Below are positions 1 to 7,865 of a stretch of DNA of 32,000 nt, in pieces. The position numbers and the translations under genes are program-made. Numbering within the stretch: position 1 is the stretch's first letter; each line of letters starts with the position of its first letter. Source of the DNA: Candidatus Saccharimonadota bacterium (GTDB lineage: Bacteria; Bacteroidota; Bacteroidia; Flavobacteriales; Blattabacteriaceae); contig NZ_CP059223.1 in the NCBI RefSeq assembly GCF_014252415.1, positions 90,001 to 122,000 of the forward strand, in the 5' to 3' direction. The notes beneath the pieces are model-generated. The model did not search any database, had not been told where the DNA came from, and saw nothing but the letters and a program-made list of their open reading frames with translations.

Positions 1-423
1 AATTTTTTTTTCTTCACTTAAATAATTAATAATATTATTGATTTTATAAATATTTAGGGTTTCTATAAAATAGAATATTAAAATAGTATTAAATAAAATT
101 TGTATAAAAGCAGCAATAATACCTGATAAAAAATATAGAATAATAAATTTTTTAAATCCTAGTAAAGATTCTATTTGTCCTCCAAACATAAATAACGCTA
201 ACATATTAAATATTATATGTAGAAAAAGATTCTTAGAATGTATGAACATATGTGTAAATATTTGATAAATATGAAATTTATCATATAATGGATGATATAA
301 AGAAAATATATTTTCCATTCTATATTGAGGAAAAACATATATAGCTGTATATACTAGTATATTAATACTAATTAAATGTTTTACAGCATTAGAGTTGTAA
401 TTAAAATTTGTATAAAAATTCAC
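1..423 (-). CDS. Rhomboid family intramembrane serine protease (partial; C-terminal part lies beyond the window start)
   Basis: Not in the ORF track because it runs off the window edge. Manual minus-strand translation from 423 downward gives V(GTG)NFYTNFNYNSNAVKHLISINILVYTAIYVFPQYRMENIFSLYHPLYDKFHIYQIFTHMFIHSKNLFLHIIFNMLALFMFGGQIESLLGFKKFIILYFLSGIIAAFIQ.... The H-x6-H-x3-NM...FGG-x2-E...Y-x2-SG pattern is the rhomboid TM2/TM3 signature. A rhomboid gene after mutL is common in Flavobacteriia. Start is uncertain: GTG at 423-421 overlapping the mutL TGA, or ATG at 318-316, which would delete TM1. Confidence 0.7.
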   Translation of the reverse strand, partial: MNFYTNFNYNSNAVKHLISINILVYTAIYVFPQYRMENIFSLYHPLYDKFHIYQIFTHMFIHSKNLFLHIIFNMLALFMFGGQIESLLGFKKFIILYFLSGIIAAFIQILFNTILIFYFIETLNIYKINNIINYLSEEKKI

Positions 424-2183
424 TGTTTAAAAATTTTTTTAAAAAAACTTTTATTAAAAAAAATAACAATAGGTTTATTGTAACGATAAGTTTCATAAAT
501 TTTTTTACATAAAAAAAGATCTTTTACAAGATTAATCATTTGATTCTGATTCAATTTTAATCCATATTTGATATATGATAATTTTAATATAGATTTAATA
601 ATAATTTTTTCTATATTATTATCTTTTATATTTATAAAATTATTTTTCAATATATTCAATATATTTTTTATAATTTTAATTGAAGTATTTCTTGTTAATT
701 TATTGGGAATAAAATCCAAATATAGACTTTCATTAGAAAAATATAAATGAAACCCTATATTTTTTAAATTATTTTTGAAATTATTAATCAAAATTAATTC
801 ATTTTTTGATAATTCTATTTTTATAGGCGGATTTATTTCTTTACAAACTATTTTCTTTTTAAAAAAAGATTCAAATAAAATATTTTGATATGCTCTATAT
901 TGATCTATTAAAATTAAATTCTTATCATGTATAATAATTATATATTTATTATCAATTTGATAAATTTTTTGATATATATTTTTACATATAATGATATTTT
1001 TTATATAATTATGTTTTAATTTTTCTGATTTATCATTTGTATCTTTAATTAATAATTCCAATTGATTAATTATATTTTTTTCATCATATTTATGATTAAT
1101 AAATTTATCTTCATCATTGAAAATATTGTTTTCATTTTTATTATAAAAAGTAATGCTATCTGAATTATTAATATTATTTTTTTTTATTTGAAATCGATTA
1201 AATAAAATATTTTTAATTTTATTAGAAATCGTTAATCCTATAATTTTTTCATTTTCCATTTCTATTTGTACTTCCTTTTTTGTAGGATGTACATTCCAAT
1301 TTAATAAATTGGAATTTATTTCTATAAATATGAAATAAGAAATAGTTTTTATATTTTTTATAAAATTTTTATAAGACCGAATAATATTTTTATGTAAAAA
1401 AAAATTTGTTATACTACGTTTATTTATTAATAATAATTTATATCCTTTTTTAGATGAATAATAATTAGGTATACTAATAAATCCTTTTATAATAAAATTA
1501 TTTTTTTTTATAAAAAAATATTTTAATTTTTGATAATTTATTTTTAAAATTTCAATTATTCTTGTTTTTAATGAATCATTTTTATTTAGAAAAAAAATCA
1601 TTTTATTATTGTTATAAAAACGATACGTAATATCTCTATGTGCTAAAACTATTTTATAAAATTCATTTATAATATGATTAAATTCTACATTAGAAGATTT
1701 TAAAAAAATTTTTCTAGAAGGAAATCGATAAAAAATATTTTTTACAGATATTCTAGTTCCTTTCTTCATATCTAATAATGTTTCTCTTTTTATTTTTCCA
1801 TTTTCTATAAATAAATGTATTCCTAATAAATTATTACTTTTTGTTTGGATTTCTAATTGAGAAATCATAGATATTGATGATAAAGCTTCACCTCTAAATC
1901 CTTTAGTATTAATGTTATATAAATCTTTTGTAGATCTTATTTTAGAAGTAGCATACCTTTTAATACTCATTCTAGCATCAAAATGATTCATTCCATTACC
2001 ATTATCTACTAGTTGAATAAGCGTTTTACCTGCATCTTTTATGAAAATATCTATAATTTTTGCATTTGCATCTATTGAATTTTCTAATAATTCTCTTAAT
2101 ACAGATGAAGGTCTTACTATAATTTCTCCAGCGGCTATTTGATTAATTATTTTTTTAGATAGTATCCGTATAGTATTACTCAT
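420..2183 (-). CDS. mutL: DNA mismatch repair protein MutL (ATPase domain conserved; C-terminal endonuclease motifs degenerate)
   Basis: 587-aa ORF. The N-terminus carries GHKL ATPase motifs QIAAGEIIVRPSSVLRELLENSIDA, DNGNGM and GFRGEAL. ATG at 2183-2181, TGA stop at 422-420. Confidence 0.93.
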   Translation of the reverse strand: MSNTIRILSKKIINQIAAGEIIVRPSSVLRELLENSIDANAKIIDIFIKDAGKTLIQLVDNGNGMNHFDARMSIKRYATSKIRSTKDLYNINTKGFRGEALSSISMISQLEIQTKSNNLLGIHLFIENGKIKRETLLDMKKGTRISVKNIFYRFPSRKIFLKSSNVEFNHIINEFYKIVLAHRDITYRFYNNNKMIFFLNKNDSLKTRIIEILKINYQKLKYFFIKKNNFIIKGFISIPNYYSSKKGYKLLLINKRSITNFFLHKNIIRSYKNFIKNIKTISYFIFIEINSNLLNWNVHPTKKEVQIEMENEKIIGLTISNKIKNILFNRFQIKKNNINNSDSITFYNKNENNIFNDEDKFINHKYDEKNIINQLELLIKDTNDKSEKLKHNYIKNIIICKNIYQKIYQIDNKYIIIIHDKNLILIDQYRAYQNILFESFFKKKIVCKEINPPIKIELSKNELILINNFKNNLKNIGFHLYFSNESLYLDFIPNKLTRNTSIKIIKNILNILKNNFINIKDNNIEKIIIKSILKLSYIKYGLKLNQNQMINLVKDLFLCKKIYETYRYNKPIVIFFNKSFFKKIFKQ

Positions 2184-2211
2184 TTATAAATTTTCATCTA
2201 TAGATTTTTTT

Positions 2212-2610
2212 TTAATAAAGACATAATATCCAGGGGTAATTTTTTTTACATTTTACTCCTTTATTTTTATTTTTTATAACAGAACGATCAATTAAAATAC
2301 AAAAAATAACCGGAAATATTATATATCAAATTAATATCTTCTATTTCTTGTAAAACTATTAATATTTAAAATGATATGTATCTTTTTTAATTATAGATCC
2401 TCATTACAATAATAGAATCAAAATAATAATTAAGATGTTATTTCTTTATAAAGAAAATATTAATTCTAAACTTACTAGAACTTTCCATTTGTTTTTTTCC
2501 ATTTTTTTATATCAAGTTGAATTAAAATTTTATATACACTTTATTTATTTATTATAGATTCATTCTATGATGATATCATAATACCTAGTTCTTAAAAAAA
2601 ATTTTTTATT
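2212..2610 (-). pseudogene. ribH: Decayed 6,7-dimethyl-8-ribityllumazine synthase (ribH) remnant
   Basis: A single minus-strand frame across the 457-bp mutL-TPR gap reads ...YDIIIE*IYNK*...KWKVLVSLELIFSL*RNNILIIILILLL**GSIIKKDTYHFKY**FYKK*KILI*YIIFPVIFCILIDRSVIKNKNKGVKCKK.... These pieces are colinear with lumazine-synthase motifs VPG(S/A)(F/Y)E(L/I), G-x-VI-x-G-x-T-x-HF-(D/E)-(F/Y)-V, IPV-x-F-(G/C)-(V/I)-LT and GNKG. At least 11 in-frame stops between 2580 and 2212 (more upstream), but no frameshift is needed. The gap size roughly equals an intact ribH (about 160 aa). Confidence 0.7.
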
Positions 2611-2640
2611 TTTTATAAATTAGGATCTTTATTTTTATAA

Positions 2641-3255
2641 CTATCGCAATTTATTCTCAATAAATGAAATATATTTTTCTACATTTTCTATATGTATAAA
2701 AATAGGATATTCATTTTCTATTTTTTTAAAAAAAAATTTAGATTTTTCATATTTTTTTTTATAAAAAAATAATAAACCTATTTTATAATAATATAAAGGT
2801 GTAGTAATTTCATTTTTACTTATATTAATAGCTTTATTATAATTAAATAAAGCATTATTAAAATCATTTTTTTGTAAAAAAGCATCTCCTATGATTCCAT
2901 ATTTTATAGGAGACATAATATCATCATTTACATTAAATTTTTTCATGATTCTTATACATTCACTATAATTTCCCAATTTATAATAACAAATACTCGCATA
3001 AAATCTAGCTAAATTTCCTGATTTAGTAAATGGATACTTAGATAAAACCCCTAAGAATCCTAAATAATTATTTTCCCTTTTTTTATTTAATGCTTTGTAA
3101 AACATTCCATTATATAAATATTTTTGTGCATAACTCAATTCATTTCTTGATTTTTCTGATGAATTTATAAAAATACTTCTTGAAAGAAAAAAAATGATAA
3201 ATATTATTGTAACTGTAATATAAATATATATTCTATTCCTATATTTAAAAAACAT
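2641..3255 (-). CDS. Tetratricopeptide-repeat protein with N-terminal membrane anchor
   Basis: 204-aa ORF. It has one N-terminal hydrophobic helix (IYIYITVTIIFIIFFL) followed by TPR-like repeats (ARFYASICYYKLGNYSECI, GDAFLQKNDFNNALFNYNKAI, YYKIGLLFFYKKKYEKSKFFFKKI). A TPR protein next to ribH is a recurrent Flavobacteriia arrangement (from memory). Confidence 0.7.
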   Translation of the reverse strand: MFFKYRNRIYIYITVTIIFIIFFLSRSIFINSSEKSRNELSYAQKYLYNGMFYKALNKKRENNYLGFLGVLSKYPFTKSGNLARFYASICYYKLGNYSECIRIMKKFNVNDDIMSPIKYGIIGDAFLQKNDFNNALFNYNKAINISKNEITTPLYYYKIGLLFFYKKKYEKSKFFFKKIENEYPIFIHIENVEKYISFIENKLR

Positions 3256-3278
3256 TATAAATTTGTTTTATTAATTTT

Positions 3279-4586
3279 TTATTTTATTACACAAAATTTA
3301 TTTCTTATAACTTCTATAGTTTTAATTCTTTTATTATCAATACTTTTTATTATAAAAGAATAATTTAAAAAATTTATTTTTTGTTTTTTTTTAGGAAAAT
3401 ATTTATTTATTTCCATAATAAATCCTCCTAAAGTATCAGCGTCTCCTTTTTTTTTTTCAAAAAAAATCTCTTCTTTTATATTCATGATACGATAAAAATT
3501 AATCAAAGATGTTTTTCCATCAAATAAATAATTATTTATATTTATTTTTGAATAAGACAGGTCTTCTTCATCAAATTCATCTACTATATCTCCTACTATT
3601 TCTTCAATTACATCTTCAAGAGTTACTAAACCACAGGTTCCACCATATTCATCTACTACAATCGCTAAATGTATTTTTCTTTTTTTAAAATCATTTAAAA
3701 GTTCATCTATTTTTTTTGTTTCTGGAACAAAAAAAGAAGGATGAATAAGTTGATTCCAATTAAAATTATTTTTATATATAAATGGTAAAAGATCTTTAAC
3801 AAATAAAATACCTTCTATATCATCTATACTATTTTTATAAATGGGTACTCTAGAATAACCTTGATAACGGATTAATTCTAAAATATTAGAAAATTTTGTA
3901 TTATGACTTAATGCAAACATATCTATTCTAGGAGTCATAATTTGATGTATTTCTGTTCTCCCAAAATCTACTATTCTTTGCAAGAATTGACTTTCTTTTA
4001 TATTTTTTTTATTTAAAGTAATTTTTAATGCTTTTGATAGATGATTAATTGATACGAAACTTTTTTTTTTCATTATTATATTTTCTATAAATTCCGATAT
4101 AAAAATCATAATATTACTAATTGGATTTAATACTTTCTCAAGAAAAATTAATGGTTTTGACATAAATGTAGAAAAACGAAGACTATTTTTACTTGCATAT
4201 ATTTTTGGAATTATTTCTCCAAATAAAACTAAAATAAACGTCATAAATACAACCTCTATCAAAAAATTTAAGGAAATATTAAAATAAATAAAATATTTTT
4301 TTTGTATAAATTTTTTTATCAAGTAGTTAATTGTAATTATAATTCCAATATTAGAAAAATTATTGGTAATTAATATTGTAGCTAATAATTTTTTTTTATT
4401 TTTAATAATTTTTAATAAAATATTTTTTTTATTATTATTAATATTTTTTTTATCAAGACAAAAAAAAGATGTTTCTGATCCAGATATTAAAGAAGAAAAT
4501 AACAATAATAATATTGCTAATAACATATAAAATATTATATATATAATATTTTCATAAAAAATATTCGTAGAAGGTTCTTTTCCCAA
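3279..4586 (-). CDS. gldE: CNNM/CorC-type membrane protein (DUF21 + CBS pair + CorC_HlyC), GldE homolog
   Basis: 435-aa ORF. It has an N-terminal multi-TM DUF21-like region (SLISGSETSFFCL), a CBS-pair region (IMTPRIDMFAL...GYSRVPIY...IEGILFVKDLL) and a transporter-associated C-terminus (LAIVVDEYGGTCGLVTLEDVIEEIVGDI). The ORF-track start at 4586 is TTG; the first ATG is at 4526, so the N-terminus is uncertain. Confidence 0.85.
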   Translation of the reverse strand: MGKEPSTNIFYENIIYIIFYMLLAILLLLFSSLISGSETSFFCLDKKNINNNKKNILLKIIKNKKKLLATILITNNFSNIGIIITINYLIKKFIQKKYFIYFNISLNFLIEVVFMTFILVLFGEIIPKIYASKNSLRFSTFMSKPLIFLEKVLNPISNIMIFISEFIENIIMKKKSFVSINHLSKALKITLNKKNIKESQFLQRIVDFGRTEIHQIMTPRIDMFALSHNTKFSNILELIRYQGYSRVPIYKNSIDDIEGILFVKDLLPFIYKNNFNWNQLIHPSFFVPETKKIDELLNDFKKRKIHLAIVVDEYGGTCGLVTLEDVIEEIVGDIVDEFDEEDLSYSKININNYLFDGKTSLINFYRIMNIKEEIFFEKKKGDADTLGGFIMEINKYFPKKKQKINFLNYSFIIKSIDNKRIKTIEVIRNKFCVIK

Positions 4587-4622
4587 AAGTTATATATTTT
4601 TTTAAATCAATTAAATAAAAAT

Positions 4623-5657
4623 TTAAATTATTTTTTTATAATTAAAAAAAGACAAAATTGGTTTTGGAAATGGATATTTTTTTATCATTTTGTATGAAAT
4701 GAGAATAAAAATAGTTTTTAACTTGTTTATATAATTTGTAATTAAGCAATTTATAAATTTTATATAAAATATTTTATTACTAATATTATATTTTATATAA
4801 TCATTAATTGATATTATATGAATATTTTGATATTGAACTTTTATTTTATTTAATAAAATATTATTTTCAATAGAATTATTTGATTCTATTATAGGAAAAT
4901 CATACATTCCCCCCCACATCTGATTATTTAATCTTTTTTTAATAAAAAAATTTTTTTTTATAGTTTCTATAAATAGATAGTATAAGAATTTATTTTTACG
5001 ATTTATTATTGATATTTTTATTGGTAATTTATTTGTAGTCTTATTTATAAGAGAATAACATCCTATTTTAATAGGACATGAGAAACATTTTGAATTTACT
5101 GGAGTACATATAATTGAGGATATATCCATAATTGATTGATTAAATATACCTGGATTAACTTTATCCATTAAATGATAAATAAAATTTAAAAATTTTTTTG
5201 ATCTAGAATAATTTATATTTTTATATATACCAAAATATCTAGAATATAATCTATAAGCATTTCCATCAATAGCTGGTATTTTCTCATTAAAACATATAGA
5301 TGATATCGCTGATGCTGTATACAATCCAATACCTTTATATTTTATTAATTCTTTATATGTTCTTGGAAATCTTATATTAAATATTTTTTTAGAAAAATTA
5401 TGTAAATTTATTGCTCTAAAATAAAAACCCAAACCTTCCCATTCTTTTAATACTGTGATTTCATCCGATTTGGATAAAATTTTTAGATTTGGAAATTTTT
5501 TTATAAAATTATCATAATATTCTAATACTTTAGAAATTCTAGTTTGTTGTAACATAAATTCTGAAACCAATACATGATAAGGATTTTTAGTTTTTCTCCA
5601 AGGAAGAATTCTTTTATGTATTTTATACCAATTTATTACTTTATTATGAAAATTCAT
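4623..5657 (-). CDS. mutY: A/G-specific adenine DNA glycosylase MutY
   Basis: 344 aa. HhH-GPD core (PYHVLVSEFMLQQTR, GIGLYTASAI, catalytic Asp in AIDGNAYR). An intact C-x6-C-x2-C-x5-C Fe-S cluster loop (CTPVNSKCFSCPIKIGC). A C-terminal NUDIX-like domain. The mutY-HU-rng neighbourhood is typical of Bacteroidota. Confidence 0.92.
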   Translation of the reverse strand: MNFHNKVINWYKIHKRILPWRKTKNPYHVLVSEFMLQQTRISKVLEYYDNFIKKFPNLKILSKSDEITVLKEWEGLGFYFRAINLHNFSKKIFNIRFPRTYKELIKYKGIGLYTASAISSICFNEKIPAIDGNAYRLYSRYFGIYKNINYSRSKKFLNFIYHLMDKVNPGIFNQSIMDISSIICTPVNSKCFSCPIKIGCYSLINKTTNKLPIKISIINRKNKFLYYLFIETIKKNFFIKKRLNNQMWGGMYDFPIIESNNSIENNILLNKIKVQYQNIHIISINDYIKYNISNKIFYIKFINCLITNYINKLKTIFILISYKMIKKYPFPKPILSFFNYKKII

Positions 5658-5772
5658 ATATATATCTAATTATTATATGTTATAACAATTTTATAAAAAA
5701 ATTTGGTATATTTAGAATATTAAATATTTTTTGTTAATCAAAAAATTTTGTTATTTGATATAATGATTTAAC

Positions 5773-6069
5773 ATGACAAAAGCAGATATAATAACAGAAA
5801 TCATATCAGAAACTGGTTGTGAAAGAGTATATATACAGAAAGTTGTAGAAACTTTTATGAAAAAAATAAAAAAAAGTTTATCGTCAGGTGAAAATGTTTA
5901 TTTAAGAGGATTTGGATCATTCATTATTAAATATAGAGCAAAAAAACTTGGACGTCATATATCTAAAAATATGTCTATTGTAATACCTGCACATAATATT
6001 CCATCATTTAAACCATCAAAATCTTTTACCAAATTAGTAAAAAAAAATGTTCCAATTGATAAATTTTGA
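5773..6069 (+). CDS. HU family DNA-binding protein
   Basis: 98 aa. MTKADIITEI...VYLRGFGSFIIKYRAKKLGRHISKNMSIVIPAHNIPSFKPSKSF matches the HU/IHF fold signature (GFG-x-F, R-N-P...P, F-K-P). Confidence 0.9.
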   Translation: MTKADIITEIISETGCERVYIQKVVETFMKKIKKSLSSGENVYLRGFGSFIIKYRAKKLGRHISKNMSIVIPAHNIPSFKPSKSFTKLVKKNVPIDKF

Positions 6070-6094
6070 ACAATTAATAATAACATAAAAAATT

Positions 6095-6187
6095 ATGCCA
6101 AACGGAAAAAAAAGAAAAAGAAAAAAAATAGCAACTCATAAAAGAAAAAAAAGAAATAGAAAAAATAGACATAAAAAGAAAAAATAA
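6095..6187 (+). CDS. 30-aa extremely basic peptide (Thx / AURKAIP1-COX24-like small protein conserved in Bacteroidota)
   Basis: Hand-found ORF ATG 6095 to TAA 6185-6187: MPNGKKRKRKKIATHKRKKRNRKNRHKKKK. From memory it closely resembles the approximately 29-30 aa MPSGKKRKRHK-x-ATHKRKKR-x-R-x-NRHKKK peptides found in Bacteroidota genomes. It is below the ORF-track length cutoff. Confidence 0.6.
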   Translation: MPNGKKRKRKKIATHKRKKRNRKNRHKKKK

Positions 6188-6236
6188 TTATTTATATAAT
6201 TTTTAATATTTTTTCATACTTGTTTTTTATGTATAT

Positions 6237-7754
6237 ATGAATAATAAAGATTTAATTATAAATACAGAAAAACAAGCTATAAACATAGCTCTCTTAGAAG
6301 AAGGAAAATTATTAGAACTTCATCAAGAAGTTTTTGATAAAAATTTCTATGTAGGAGATATCTATTTAGGTATTGTAAAAAAAATTTTACATGCATTGAA
6401 TGCAGCAATTATTGATATTGGATATTATAAAGGAGGATTTTTACATTATAATGATTTAGGAGAGCATATTAAAAATTTATCAAATTTTACAAAAAAAAAT
6501 AAAAAGGATTACTGTGATTTAATAAAAAATTCTATAGAAAATATTCTTTGTTTAGGACAAAAAATTTTAGTACAAATATCTAAAGAACCCATATCCAATA
6601 AAGGTCCTAAACTTACTACAAAGATTAGTCTTCCTGGAAGGAATTTGATTCTTATTCCATTTTCAAATAAAATATATGCATCCAAAAAAATAAAAAGTAT
6701 AAAAGAAAAAAATATATTAATTTCTTATATAGAAAAAATAAAACCTAAAAATATTGGTTGTATTATTAGAACAGAATCTTCTAGAAAAAAAGAAATTTTA
6801 AATAAAGAATTAATTCACTTAATGAAAAAATGGAAAAATATATTAAAAAATATAACGTTAAAAAAAAACCCCATAAAAATTTTTAGTGAAAGTAATATAA
6901 CTTCTTGTTTTTTAAGAGATACATTTAATAATGATTTCCAATCAATCTATTGTGATAATATTTTTTTATGTAAAGAAATGTATTCGTATTTATCTATAAT
7001 TGCACCTAAAAAAACTAGTATTATAAAATATCATCAAGAAAGTACACCAATTTTTGAAAAATATGGTGTAGAAAAACAAATAGAAATTTTTCTAGGTAAA
7101 AATGTGCCTCTTAAAAATGGAGCATATTTGGTAATAGAACATACTGAAGCATTACATGTTATTGATGTAAATAGTGGAATGAATAATCATATAAAAGAAA
7201 ATAGTACTGAATTAGAAAGAATTGATAATATATTTAAAATAAATTTATTAGCTGCTACTGAAATAGCAAGACAACTTAGATTGAGAGATATGGGGGGTAT
7301 AATAGTTGTCGATTTTATTGATATGTCGGACTCTATACAGAAAAATAAATTATATGAACATTTAAAAGAAAAAATGAAAGGTGATCGAGCAAAACATCAT
7401 ATATTACCAATCAATGAATTTGGTCTTGTTCAATTTACTAGACATAGAGTAAGACCAGAAATAAAAATAAAAAGAAACGTAAAATATACAAAAAATTCTT
7501 CTATAAGCTATATTCTCCATTTAGAATGTGTAATAGGTAATATATTAAAAAATGAAAACTATAAAAAAATACAATTACATATACATACTTTTGTATCATC
7601 TTATTTAAAAATTGGATTCCCTTCCATACAACAAAAATGGTTTTTAAAATATAAAAAATGGGTAAAAATTATTCCTAATAATTCATTTCAATATACTGAA
7701 TATAAAATTTTCGAAAAAAATAATAAAGATGAAATTACATCATATTTTTTTTAA
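6237..7754 (+). CDS. rng: Ribonuclease E/G family protein (RNase G-like)
   Basis: 505 aa. S1-like N-terminus (GDIYLGIVKKILHALNAAIIDIG). Catalytic core motifs (GRNLILIP, ALHVIDVNSG, GGIIVVDFIDM, EFGLVQFTRHR). Confidence 0.9.
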   Translation: MNNKDLIINTEKQAINIALLEEGKLLELHQEVFDKNFYVGDIYLGIVKKILHALNAAIIDIGYYKGGFLHYNDLGEHIKNLSNFTKKNKKDYCDLIKNSIENILCLGQKILVQISKEPISNKGPKLTTKISLPGRNLILIPFSNKIYASKKIKSIKEKNILISYIEKIKPKNIGCIIRTESSRKKEILNKELIHLMKKWKNILKNITLKKNPIKIFSESNITSCFLRDTFNNDFQSIYCDNIFLCKEMYSYLSIIAPKKTSIIKYHQESTPIFEKYGVEKQIEIFLGKNVPLKNGAYLVIEHTEALHVIDVNSGMNNHIKENSTELERIDNIFKINLLAATEIARQLRLRDMGGIIVVDFIDMSDSIQKNKLYEHLKEKMKGDRAKHHILPINEFGLVQFTRHRVRPEIKIKRNVKYTKNSSISYILHLECVIGNILKNENYKKIQLHIHTFVSSYLKIGFPSIQQKWFLKYKKWVKIIPNNSFQYTEYKIFEKNNKDEITSYFF

Positions 7755-7775
7755 TTATATTTTGTTATAAAAAAT

Positions 7776-7858
7776 GTGGATGTGGTGAAATTAGGTATAC
7801 ACGTCAGAATTAGAATCTGATGCTAAAAAGCTTGAGGGTTCGAGTCCCTTCATCCACA
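7776..7858 (+). tRNA. tRNA-Leu (anticodon UAG), class II with long variable arm
   Basis: Acceptor gtggatg/catccac pairs fully, discriminator A. Anticodon stem tcaga/tctga with loop a-t-TAG-a-a. Variable arm gct-aaaaa-agc. T arm gaggg-ttcgagt-ccctt. No encoded CCA. Confidence 0.9.
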
Positions 7859-7865
7859 CAATTTT

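Noticed and set aside
568-750. 60-aa plus-strand ORF inside mutL
   Set aside because: It is an antisense shadow ORF of mutL. The peptide is low-complexity and I/F/L-rich, as expected from AT-rich antisense sequence, and has no family signature.
5658-5772. Attempt to call Bacteroidota-type promoters (-33 TTTG / -7 TAnnTTTG) in divergent spacers (5658-5772, 10963-11023, 20809-20909, 24876-25007, 28506-28604, 31033-31104)
   Set aside because: In DNA this AT-rich, near-matches to these short motifs occur everywhere. I found no exact TAnnTTTG at a convincing distance from the starts, so no promoter is reported.
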